From positions 106,332,001-106,392,000 of the forward strand of contig NC_087436.1 in the NCBI RefSeq assembly GCF_036321535.1: a stretch of DNA of 60,000 nt. The letters are read 5' to 3'. Under the pieces are notes generated by a model. It searched no databases. It saw only the letters and a list, made by a program, of their open reading frames with translations, and was not told the DNA's origin. Positions 9,581 to 21,081 of the stretch are shown in pieces; position 1 is the first letter of the stretch, and each line of letters begins with the position of its first letter. Made by a program: the position numbers and the translations under genes. This stretch comes from Camelus dromedarius. Its lineage: Eukaryota.

Positions 9581-12294
9581 ATGTGAAATCATAGTTTGAT
9601 TTTTCACTAAGTCTCTCACAGGTATTTGATTCTTTGGAATCTACTTGAACGTATACTGGTTTAGTGCTTCACAAAGTGCTTTCATACAGATTACATCTGA
9701 AAAGTGAGCACATGTATATTTCATCAGGAATGTGTTAAAATACAGTCTGTCAGTTTAATAAAATCTCAGTTACCTGCCGGCTTACAATCCCTCTTCTGTA
9801 ATTTCAGAGAGTCACAAAAAGTCATACTTTGACCATCACTACCTGAAACTTTCTGCTTTGCACATCTGTGCTTTCTATTTTTAGAAACTGCTGTTTATTT
9901 GCAAGAAATATTGAATTCCTCTTCCTAGACTAGGTTTACTCTACTGGCAAGAGATTTCAGATTTTCATTTTTATCATTATCTCTTTAAACCTGATTGTGT
10001 TTAACTTCTTACAGTTTCATTATTCCTAAGCACCACCTCTGACGTTTTACATTTCAAATTTTACTTTATTTCTTTAAATGTCTGTGCCTTTATTCCTGTA
10101 TCATTTGGGGAGGATGAATTTTCTCTCTTCCATCCTGCTTAACCAACATCATCGGAGATCAGCAACTCGGCAGGCATCGTGTGCTGTTTCTATGTATGTG
10201 TGGTGGTCCAGATGACAGATGTCGTATTTGTATTTGGTGAAAAAGTGCTCTTTTCTGCTAAAAATATGAATTAGAGACAAGCTCAATCACTAAAGTCAAA
10301 TGTCTGAAAAACAGGTCCAAGATACCCTCTCTCTATTGTTTGTAGGGAGGTCCTTTGCTTCGGTCAGTTTCCCTGCAGAAATGGATTAACCTCGAGTAAA
10401 TGGCAAATCAGGTAATTCTGAACATACTATGCCTCAACCATATTGATTACGTGAGTTATTACTGTAATATTATCTTAAATATACATGGAACCTTGGGACT
10501 GTACTTCCAAGAATCTTTAAGTAGTCTTGCATTTATTATCCCATATATCCAGGGACGCTATTTGGAATATGTAACCAGAGGTACGGTGGCCAATACTAAT
10601 GGACCCAGATCCAGCCCAGAGAGGGCTGGTGGAGCCTCCTGCTCTGCTGTGCTAGGCTCTCCCCCTTAGTTGTTGCCTCCAAGAGAGGTTGCATCCTAGG
10701 GTGAGCACTGGTGTACCCAACTAGCCTGCACGGATGTGTTTTAATATTTTAACAGCCAATGCAGCTGTACTTGCCGAATGTCCAAATGGCATATATCATG
10801 ATAAGGATACTAAGAAATAGACAGAAGTGGTACCATTTTTCTCATTTTAGAAAAATTACAAAGGAAAAAAAAAATCTGGGGTATAAAAGCCTTTTGACCT
10901 TTAGCCAAAATCATAGTCACTGACACTCTTCCAAATAGATACTGATCTGGTATTTTTTCCGTGGAGGCGGGAAGAAAGGCCGTACAAAGAGTAGTGACCC
11001 GAGGTCCCTTAGCTGCAGGTAACGCATTTTGTATGGTCGGTAAGCACTCACAGAAAGAAATTTATCAAGGTGAAGAACATAGCATATGACTCCATGGATT
11101 GTATCTGCCATTCTCTGAGGGTCAAATTCAAGCTTAATTGCATGAAACCTCCAGGCAGTGCTTCCTAAAGGCAACCTACCCCCTGGTATAACCACATATG
11201 ATGGTGGCCACCCCAGACATAAACAGCCAAGTGTACACATCATGATTTGGAAAATTGAAGGGGCTATGCTGGGACATGTGGCTAACAGCTTGTTTTCTGC
11301 TAAGTTGCAAAACAGCGGGGCTGTGCTTAGAGTGGCCAGGCTCATCTGACTTCAGAGGCCACCGTTAACTCATTCGGCCTCAGCTCCAGCTGCGAAGCCT
11401 GAGGAGTTTGCAGCAGGAGCACCCAGCCCTGGCAGTGGCAGGAAAAGGGCTGAGTGTCGTTCGGTTCCCTCTCCTATTGAATGGATGCTGCTGTGGTGAG
11501 TTGGAATGTGCTGTACCCCAGCTTTTTCTCGAGTCTGCTTGCAGACTGACATAGGAATTCTTAGACCCAGAGGAAAGAGTAGATCTAGTGAAATAAGAAG
11601 TCTGTCAGGGTTAGTAAGTCCGCGTTGCTTTTGGTAAATGAGAAGTGGGACCGTCACATACTAAACAGTCGCATAGAACAGTCAGACTAGTCACCGTAAC
11701 TCGCATGTCTGTATCCATATCTGGTGTCACTGCTTTGCTGTCTTTTGTTCGCTTTCGAAAGGTTAAGGAGAACTGTTTCCTCATCTCAGTGGGAAAAGAA
11801 AAAGGGAAGCAAGGAAAGTCCTTACCCACCCCAGGAGAAAAGATTAAGGGACATAATGGCTATTTTGAGCTAGTAGTATTGAAGGTGCCTCCTGCTGAGA
11901 GTGTGCGATTTATGCTCAGAGGCTGCTCTCAAAGCCGGATGCCTGGGAGAGCAACGTGGGTGGGTCCAATGGGTGACCCAGTGGCCGAAAGAAATACAAA
12001 ATAACGGAATGTCCACAGGTCTAGGGCTGGAGCTTCATGTAAAGAGACATGAGAGAAAGCTGATCCGTGGGCAGCCGTGATCATTACGGGAACTTGGGAA
12101 GAAAATAAACAATCAAAGCCTTCCAACGTGCCAAGAAACTTGTTCTTCCTCCAGGAGAGTAAACTGTTTTAAATATAAATAAATAAATACATATTGAGCC
12201 TCTTCAATATTCATTGTGTTCTTCCCAGCACTGGAGGATTCCTAATAAGTATAGAAGAAATTCTGTCCTCAAGACAGGCAGAGTGTGCAGTGGC

Positions 12295-12525
12295 TCTGGC
12301 TGTGCTGCGCACGGTGGGCTTCGGTGCGGATCACAGCTGCATTGCTCACCGGTCGAAGGGCCCAGGCAAACTGCTGAACAGCCCGGTGACTCAGTTTCCT
12401 TGTTAGTAATAAAGCACATAGTGGGAGCCCCTGCTTCATATGATTATTTGAAGGTTAATGTACTTGGACATATAACACTTTTAGAACAACATACACAGTA
12501 AGCACTCAAGAAATATCAGCCTTTT
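12295..12525 (+). mobile_element. MIR SINE
   Basis: ggcaaactgctgaac...ctcagtttcct...tgaaggttaatg...cacagtaagcactcaagaaatatcagc. Confidence 0.7.
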
Positions 12526-13049
12526 AATCAACACTCTCTCCTGGTATCAGCTCCACACAATGCAGCTGGGTTGCTTCAGACACACCACGTAGCATCTGTG
12601 CTTCTCTGGGGCACACGCTCTCCTCAGTAATTCGAGGACCTTAATACTTGCCCTACTGACCAAGGGGATTATTCTGCCGATCTCTGCAAATATCCCCTTG
12701 GTGAAAGCCCTTTGCAAGCTACAGAGTTCTGGGCAAATGCAAATTCTCCGTAGTTTTTACTTTGATGAGGTATTTATTATTAGGGATAAGCTGTTATGAT
12801 CTAGTTACTGAAATTAGGTATATAGAAGGAAAGGATGATGGTGTATACAAGAGAGTAGGCGTAGAGAATGGGCAGGAAAGAGGAGTGCTGTGGGTCCTCT
12901 AGGGGAAGGCAGGGTCTCCAGCCACCTGAGAGGGCTGGCTGGGTGTGGTGGGATCAGCGCTGGGACCGGAAGGAAGGGAAGGCACGAGATCTTATAGGAG
13001 ACAACTGCCTAGTGGCCAATTCAGTGAGAATGATGGTTGTGATGCTGGT

Positions 13050-13200
13050 AACAAAATAGCCATTCCTGGCATACTCAACCTGTTCTCTAATGCTCACAAA
13101 GAATCCCATCCTGACTCCCATTTTACAGATGTGGCGATGACGCTTAGAGAGGCTAGGACACTTGCTGGAGGACACATGGCTAACAAGTGGGCTTCGGGGC
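13050..13200 (-). mobile_element. MIR SINE fragment
   Basis: cccattttacagatgtgg...cttagagagg...acttgc...acacatggcta. Confidence 0.6.
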
Positions 13201-14589
13201 TTCAGGGACCATTCTGCCTCCTGCGTGAGTTAGAAGTGGGCGCTTCCAGCCACTGGGGCTCTCCTGCCTCCCCCGGACAGGGGGTGGAACTGGGACCCGC
13301 TGCCCCGGCGGGGACAGCGCCAGAGGCTTTCTAACGTCCACCTCCGGTTCTTCTGCTGTTCCCATGGCCTGAGACATCCTCTCCCTTCACCCATTTGACA
13401 CTTGCCCGCTCCCCCTTTAATTTGCTTTCTCCTGGAAGGCTTCTTCGGTGTGATCCCTCCCCGTCTCTGGGCTGGGGGTCCCTGTACACTGTCACACGCA
13501 GATCTTGGCTCACTACTGCGTCACGTACTGTTTCTGGGTCCATGGCCCTTAGCCGCTGGGAGTTCTGTGACCAGAGACGGGGCTGCCTTATTCCATCTGG
13601 TGCTCCCAGTGTGAGGAAGGGGGCAGGGTGGGGAGAAGGGAAAAATGAAGGAAGGAAGGGAAAGAAAGAGGGAGGCTTTAGGTAATAAAAGATAAACTTG
13701 GTAAAGGCTTTGGGGGTTCAGACTGTGGAATGATTTTTAGCAGCCTCTTTAGGAAAGAATTCTTGTATCTCCTCCCCTCCTTGTACACACATATGGGAAA
13801 TAAATTATTTCCCTTGAACCTGAAGCTCTCCAGCGCCAATAAGGAACCCTGGGTGGGCATACTCATCTCATCAGAACTTGAACCATGGTTGTCTGCATGC
13901 ATCGCTTTACCTGCCTGGCCGACACGTGGGCCCCATCACTCAGAGCCATTGCAGCCAATTTGCTCGATAATCTGCAAATTAAAAATTCAATAAGTAGTTC
14001 CCAGAATCATTTGCAAAAGCTGGGACGTAGAAATTAACATGTTAATAATCGGTGCACGGTGGGTGGGTTTTCTGCCGTGGATCGGCATTGCTTTCATTTG
14101 GTGTAACCAAAAGGCCACGGGATGCAGTCCTTTAATTTGGCTGCACAGAGTGTAAGCTTTTAGGGGTGTTCGGTACATATCCATGTGGGTGGTGATATTG
14201 CACGTGGATTTAGTGGCAACTTAGGCAGGAAATAAATAGGGTGTGGTAGGATTCATCAGAATCTCCTTCAGTCACAAGACCTTACACCCAAGCAGCACTT
14301 CTACCCTTTAGTAGATTCTCAAGTGGATCTCCCATGTGCTCCCAACAAGCCTAGGAGGCAGCAACAAGCCTGGAGACACATGAAGAGCTGTGTCCAGAAG
14401 TGCGTGGCCTCACACCAACAGCCGGTGGGCGGTAAGTCGTGTTGAGACGCTAGCTCTCTCCATCCCTGGATAGAGAGCTTTGCAGAGCTAGGCAACTGCA
14501 ATGCTAACAAATTCATACAAAGGCTGCCCTAATGATTCAGCTATGATAACCTTAAACCAGATTGCGTGGTCTAAACACCACCCTGGGAG

Positions 14590-14800
14590 CAGCGAAGCTT
14601 TGACAGACAGGCCTGGGTTCAGATCTCTATTCTGTCACGTGTTAGTTGAGAGACTTCAGACTTGTCACTTAAACTCTCTAAACTTCAGGGGCCTCATTTA
14701 AACGGTGGAGATCATAATAACTACCCCCTAGGGTCACCATTAGAATGAAAGCAGAGAGGATACCGGAGAAAGTACTCAGTAGGTACTTACTGTGATTCCT
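14590..14800 (+). mobile_element. MIR SINE
   Basis: cagacaggcctgggttcagatct...gtcacttaaactctctaaacttcag...cctcatttaaacggtggagatcataata. Confidence 0.75.
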
Positions 14801-14864
14801 GGCATTTGAAGTTGAAAGGTGGAACGAGGGATGTGAAATGGAAGGTACATCAAACGATCTTGTT

Positions 14865-15071
14865 TGTGCCGTCCTATGGTAGCTGCTGGCCTCATTGTGG
14901 CTACTTACGTTGACACTGATTATACGTAAATGGAAAACTCTAGTTCCTGTCTCACTACCCCTATGCCAAGTGTCCAGTAGCCACATGGGGCTAGTGGCTA
15001 CCATATTGGGTAGCGAGCGTATCGGTACAGAACATTACCGTCACTGCAGAAAGCGCTGTTGAATGTCGCTG
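14865..15071 (-). mobile_element. MER3 hAT-Charlie MITE
   Basis: agtagccacatggggctagtggctaccatattgg...agaacattaccgtcactgcagaaag...gtcgctg matches the reverse complement of MER3. Confidence 0.85.
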
Positions 15072-15899
15072 CTGTAGAAGAAAGAACCTCTTCAGGGAAA
15101 CAGGTGAGGGAGATACCATGCAAAGTCAAGACTTCACGTTGCTGCAGGAGGAGGCTGCACGAAGACGTGGACCAGTGGGTCCCCTTCCTGCCGTGCGACG
15201 GCGTTGTTCACACCGGGGCTGTGTAGATCGTGCGGGAGGAAGGCAGTGCGGCGCCCTGAGCAGGCCCACTCCAGGACACCCTGCTGGTAATTGTGTGGAG
15301 CACTGCGAATGGCGGGTAATTTCCTCTCAGGTGCCTGTTCTACACGCTTGTTTGGCATGCTTTATTGCCGGGTGGATTTACACTGTGCATTTGCCATAAA
15401 AACTGTTTCCAAAAGAAACAAGAAGCGTGGCAAGATAAAAAGCGATATAAAAAGGGTATTTTGTGATTTATTTATGCCAAATTTATGGAATATGACAGGA
15501 GGCATTACAGTTCCAAAATTAGTTGTCACAGTCGGGCTATAAATCCTATGGGACAGGAGTTAAAGGAATGGGCCGGGAACCAGGACCCCTGGGTCTACAA
15601 GGGGCCCACGGGAAGTCTAGACAGAGCAAGGGATTTCTACAACCCTCCACAGAGGGGCTCGGCCAGTCATCCAGCTGAGAAGCTCTCACTTCATAGCTAA
15701 TGAGTATCAGCTGCTTGCTTGTTTTAAGCATCTTCCACTTATAATCTCATTTAATTCCCATTCACTCTATTTTATTAATTTTACAGATGTAATAACTTAG
15801 TGCTGTATTTCTGCACTGAGGTACAGCCAACAAAAGGTGACGCCAGAAGAAAGGTGGAGCCTGACTTGAGTGTCCCTCTTAGGCTTTCCCTAAAGATTT

Positions 15900-16200
15900 A
15901 AATTTATTCGTAGCTCACAAGCACTTATTTCTCATCCCCTCGATGCCAGACACCACACCAAGCACTGGTGACACAGAAGGATAAGATGTGGTCCTGCCGT
16001 CAGTGAATCCTTGATTGAGCAAGTGATTGAACTGTTGCACAAACAACTGTGATATTTTTAGACCAAAAAGAAATAATGATGTGGTATAGATATGACTGGA
16101 ATTCTCTAGAACTACAAGGGAACGTGGTTTAAATTTCAACTAGAGTGCACGAGAGAGCTTTGTGGAGGTGGTAGTCTTTGAGATGAAGAGCAGAATAGTC
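15900..16200 (-). mobile_element. L2 LINE 3' fragment
   Basis: tgccagacacc...agcactgg...ataagatgtggtcctgcc...gagagctttgtggaggtggtagtctttgag. Confidence 0.6.
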
Positions 16201-16974
16201 CTTAACAGTCAGAGATGGAGAGAAAGATGGACCAGCCGATCTATCCTTAGCCTGTGATGTGAATTCTTTTATTTCCCCAGGAAATGGGCTCGCATGGCAC
16301 TAATCCATCTCCACTGTGATCTAAATTCCTTGTATTTGGTTGGGGAGTGTATCCTAAAGAGACAGGCGGAGTAAGATAAAATATTTTCCTTAATTAAAAA
16401 ATATAGTTTTAAATGAGAAAGGCTGTTGAAACCCTCTTCCCTCTTGGCTTTCATCAAGCACGTTTCTCCTCCACTCACTCCCTCTTGCTCTCTTTAAGGA
16501 CCTTTCCTGAACCCTTAAATGTTGATGCCCCCTATAGGGCATCCTCTTTAGTTATCTTCCCTTTTCACTCCATATACCGTGTGTATGATCTCATCCACTC
16601 ATGAGACTCCGGTTCCCAAGTATTTTCTGATGACTCCCAAATTTATAAGACCCACTCTAATTTCTTTCTTGAGCTCCGGATCTGTGTATACACCTGCCTG
16701 TTAACCATTAATACCTGAATATTCTACAGATACACCAGACTTGCTCAACGTGTCCCAAGTATGCTTCTCTTTCTGTATTCCCCATCAGCCTGAGCGATAC
16801 CACTGACCATTGCTTAAGTCAAAACCCCAGGGAGCCAGTCTGGGTCATCCCTTCTCTTGTCATCCCTACATCCTTCCAGGCATCCAGTCCTTATATATCT
16901 TCAGTCTGTCTCCATCCCAACTGGCCTTAGTAATCAGTACTAGCTGCTGTTGTTAGAACAGTAATAATGACCAC

Positions 16975-17170
16975 AGATTCTGGAGACAGAGCATGTGGGT
17001 TCAAAGCCTGGCATCGTAACTTAAACTGCAAATCCTTTGGGTCCTTCCTTCCCTTCTCTGTAAAATGGAGGCAAAATACAACACCTACCTCTTGAGTTGT
17101 TGTGAGGATTTTACAAGTAACAGAATGGTGCCTGGCCAATGTAAGCATTATTTAAGTTTTTTGCGATTAT
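16975..17170 (+). mobile_element. MIR SINE
   Basis: ctggagacagagcatgtgggttcaaagcctgg...ctgtaaaatggag...acctacctcttgagttgttgtgaggatt. Confidence 0.8.
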
Positions 17171-17174
17171 AATG

Positions 17175-17395
17175 GAACATTTTTTGCACTGAATATTGTG
17201 CTTAGTGATTTACATTTATCTTAAAGAATCTCCACAGCACAACAGGGGATTTTTATTAGTTCCATTCTACAGAGGAGAAAACTGAGTGTTCAAGAAGGGA
17301 AATAAACCGCCCACACATCTGGCGAGTAACAAAGCCAATATTCCAACCCATAACCGACTGATGCCAAAACTTGTGCCCTTAGACACTGTGCTTTC
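17175..17395 (-). mobile_element. MIR SINE (tail-to-tail with the previous MIR)
   Basis: aatctccacagcac...ttattagttccattctacagaggagaaaactgag...ttccaaccca. Confidence 0.7.
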
Positions 17396-18999
17396 TAGAT
17401 TCACCCTATAAAGACATCCTAACCGGCCCCCTGGCCTCCAGCTCTACCTCCCCCTGATGGCTTCTTCACAGCTGCTGGACCGTGTTACAAGGGATATTTG
17501 TTTTAGGAAGACTAAGGCATCAAAAACTTCAATATTTCCTCCCGGGATTGCCCTGCCTCACTCTAGCCATGCTCCAACAGCCTCATTTTCCATCCCTTTG
17601 GCCAACTTTCCAAGAGCACCCGGGAGTGAATATAGGACTGCCAGGGTTCATAAATGCAATTATGTGGTTAGTAGGGACTTAATATTATGGCCACACATTT
17701 ATGGACAGTTAAGCTGCCTGGAGAGGCTTGGGAAATGTATTGATCTCTCTCCAGGGCTTGAGTCAAGACTGCCTCCACGTGGACCCGGAATCTTTTCAGA
17801 GTTTCTCCACCTCGACAAAGGGAAGATATCTCTTATTTCAAATGGACTGTGAGGCTTAAATAATGATTATGAAGGCTTACAGGTGCTAGAAGACAAAGCC
17901 ATTACATAAATACACATGTAATATAAATCATATGTGGATGAAAGAGGCAAGAAGATTCGATCAACCAAAGGTCACTTGTTTACTGAGCTGGGCACTCCCA
18001 AAGTTCACGCAGGACTGTCTCTTGCCAGGAGTGAATAGATTTGAAAGTAAAGATTTTCAATGGTATTTTGCTGACAAAAGGTTCCTGCAGTGGGTAAAGA
18101 ATGATATTGCTCATGGTAATAGCAGTAAGAGAGACTGGAGAGGGAGAATAATTTGAAAAATGAACGTTTCTTGCTATTTTCCTCTGATGGACAATCATAA
18201 AAGATCGTCTAGATTTAAAGCTGGGTCCCAGTTTCTGGAGCCTGTGTTTTAGAAACTGATTGACTGTGGTTTTTCACGGGGTTTCCACCAAATCCCGATC
18301 ACAAAATGTCACTTTGCAGTCAGAGGGCCCCCATCCGCAAGGCAGCGAGAGATGCCAATTGCAATTCAGAAATCTCAATTTTCAAATATAACTTACAGCT
18401 TATTCCTGGCGAGAAACACTTTCCCCTCCTCACGGGTACACTAAGTGTTGTGCTGAGAAAAAAGCTGGAGAGTGTTCTTTTGAATGAAAGGAAATTTGCA
18501 GCTAGGGGCTCAAGTCCCTGGAACTTAAGAGGCCTCCCCTTTTCAGTGTTTCTTGCTGTGCAGCTTTCCTGTGGGTTCAGGTAAGAGCAGGAGACAATGG
18601 AAATGGAGGAGGAGAAAGGCACAGACTCGTGGCAATTGTGTTGATCACCTCCTCTGCCTGGGCTCCAGGCAAGGCTATAATCTATACATGCAGGTGCCCA
18701 GCAGGCTCCACACTCTCAGTGGACCAAGTTCATGCAGGAAGCCCTGGGCAAATAGGAGTCTTGTATTGACATTTGGGATTGCTCGGAGCCAGACAAATAT
18801 CTTCCTGGCTAGGAAGAGCCAGCCCCATGTTCCACCACCCAGTTTGGATTTGGAAGCTGGGACGCACTGATTGCTTTAGCTGTCAAAATTGTCCCCGACA
18901 GCCTTGAACTCAGACATGGGGGACTCTAGAGAGACCTTCTAAGCAACTGGACCTGAAACAGTGGAGCAGTGAGGGGAGGTGGCTTGATGAAGTTGGAAG

Positions 19000-19110
19000 T
19001 TTGGCTTCGTGGTGCTCTTACTGGAGAAATGTTTGAATGAATCATTCGCCCTCTCTGAGCTTCCGTTTTCTCCTCTTTGAAATGAAGGTTTTAGGCCGAG
19101 TGACCTCATG
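19000..19110 (+). mobile_element. MIR core fragment
   Basis: atcattcgccctctctgagcttccgttttctcctctttgaaatgaag. Confidence 0.5.
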
Positions 19111-20864
19111 GTCCGAGCATACCAGGCTTAGGTGCCAGACCGAGATTCAGTCCCTTTCAGTCACGCTTTGCCTTCACCCACAGTGTACAACAGAATTTGA
19201 CAATTGTTGCCAAACAGATATTCCAGATTTTCCATCCCACTATATTTTATCTAGAAGGAAAATTGCCCCCTTGCTACTTCTGACTTCTTCTTGGTGCTGT
19301 TTTTCAAAAAGGAAAAGGAGTTGTGGAGGATGGATCCATTTGGCCTTCTCAGCAGATTTACTGTTTGATATATTTCTTTTCCTAGCACTTTTCTTACAGG
19401 CTGGAGGGGTGGGGGGGGGATTTGATTTAGTTGGAATTGGCATCTAACAGTGCAAATGCTCATTATCTTTTTTGGTCATGATCCTTGCACCCATTTCTTT
19501 GTCCACTGCCCTCAAAACAGTCTATTAGTTAAAGTATTCGCTCGGACACCTTTAGGGCTGGTGTCACTGTGTGGGGAGAAGGATGATTGTGGGAGAGTCC
19601 TCTGTGATCCTTGGGATGGGCAGAGGATGTGGCCACTCAATGCCTGTCCTGATTGCCAGGTCTTGTACCACGTGGTTATAACACAGTAACAGGTGACATG
19701 GGAGGGTGGGGGACCATGTGTCCTTGTCAGCCATCCTGATTGTCACGTGTTGCTCTAGAAATTAGATTCATGCTGAAATTACCTACCAGTGTCCCAACCA
19801 TCCATAGGAAGGATAACATGGGGGTCAGCAAGGGAGATGGTTGGTCTCTCCAGTAGATCCTGAAGATACAATTGAGCATGCTAAGAACTTCCAGGTACCA
19901 TACAGGTTTCTATAGAAACATAAGGATAAATCATGTCATATGCTTTAGCTACGTCCCTGGAATCCTGCACAAGGGGAACTGCCATGCCTTGGGCCTTGAG
20001 TTAGGAGATTCTGCCCTTCTTTTTAGTTTGATGGAATTTTGATCAGAGGGAAATTAAATCCAAACGGTTATTGGCATCAGATCTTCTGTTATGATGGCAG
20101 ATCTTTGTTGAAGAAATAGTATTGTTATGAGATGAAAACAGCAAAGTGGTGTAACTGCCCCATTCCTGACATTATTAGCTGCCCAGACGTGTGATTTCTT
20201 TTCTAATAAAACTGTCTAGAAAAACTGCATACACACATCCTTTTAGCCATCTTTTTGCTTTTTCTACCAACATGTCAACTTAGCTAAATTAAAACATAGA
20301 AACAATTAAAGCAACTATTCATAGATTCTTTCCTTGATATCTCAAAGTGAGAGCACTCAGTGATCAGCGCTGGTAGTTAATCTAACTACCCTTGTTCTGT
20401 CATGTGCTTCTAAGCCCACTAGTCCATCGGGTTCCCAGAGAAACTGCAGACTTCCTTTAGTGATGCTTAATTTTGTTATGAATTGGGGCAGATTAAGAGG
20501 CGCTTGAAGCCTTAGGCACTGAAACAATGTGATGACTTTCACCCTAGGTGGAAGTGATAGAGCTAATTGGGCAGGCTCGTTAAATCCTACCCACCTGCAG
20601 GACACATCACAGTTCAAGGTGATGTTGCTCTCTGCTGGAAATCAGGATGATTTTACTCCTTTTTCCATTTGGTCACTTTTATAGGACAAGTGCATTGTGC
20701 CCAGGACTTTGTAGAGGATTCATTTGACCAAGGCCTGCCCAGTGGAACTCAAGTGGACTTACAGGTTTTGCTCATTTCTGCCTTTCAAATTAGGAGCCGA
20801 TTTTGCCAGTTCATCTTTTGACTCAAACTAGCTGTGGTTTACCTATTGTTTGTATGCTCCAGAG

Positions 20865-21081
20865 AAGGATTTCTTAACAATGCCTTAGAACTATTGAAGT
20901 TTTAGGCTGTGTAATTCTTTTCACGGGGGGAAGGATGCTGTCACGTGCACTGTGGGAGGCTTATCAGCATCCCTGATCTCTATTTACTGGATGCCAAAAG
21001 CATCCCCCGCCACCACGTAGTCACAAGTAAAAGTGTCTCCCGACGCTGCCGACTGTCCCCTGGGGGACAGAATCGCTACTG
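20865..21081 (-). mobile_element. MER20 hAT-Charlie MITE with 8-bp target-site duplication
   Basis: cagcatccctgatctcta...ggatgcca...gtgtctcc...tgtcccctggggg; flanked by ctccagag (20857-20864) and ctctagag (21082-21089). Confidence 0.9.

Larger units (their letters stand above)
16400..17580 (+). mobile_element. L2 LINE, interrupted by two MIRs
   Basis: ctctcttggctt...cttaaatgttg...ctcatccactcatg...tgatgactcccaaattta...; resumes at about 17400 (cctaaccggccccctggcctccag). Confidence 0.65.

Noticed and set aside
15108..15120. 13-mer GGGAGATACCATG identical to part of U1 snRNA
   Set aside because: The match does not extend on either side, and one of this length is plausible by chance.
16975..17395. 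Inverted MIR pair as a dsRNA/editing substrate
   Set aside because: The copies are too diverged to form a long duplex, and such pairs are common.
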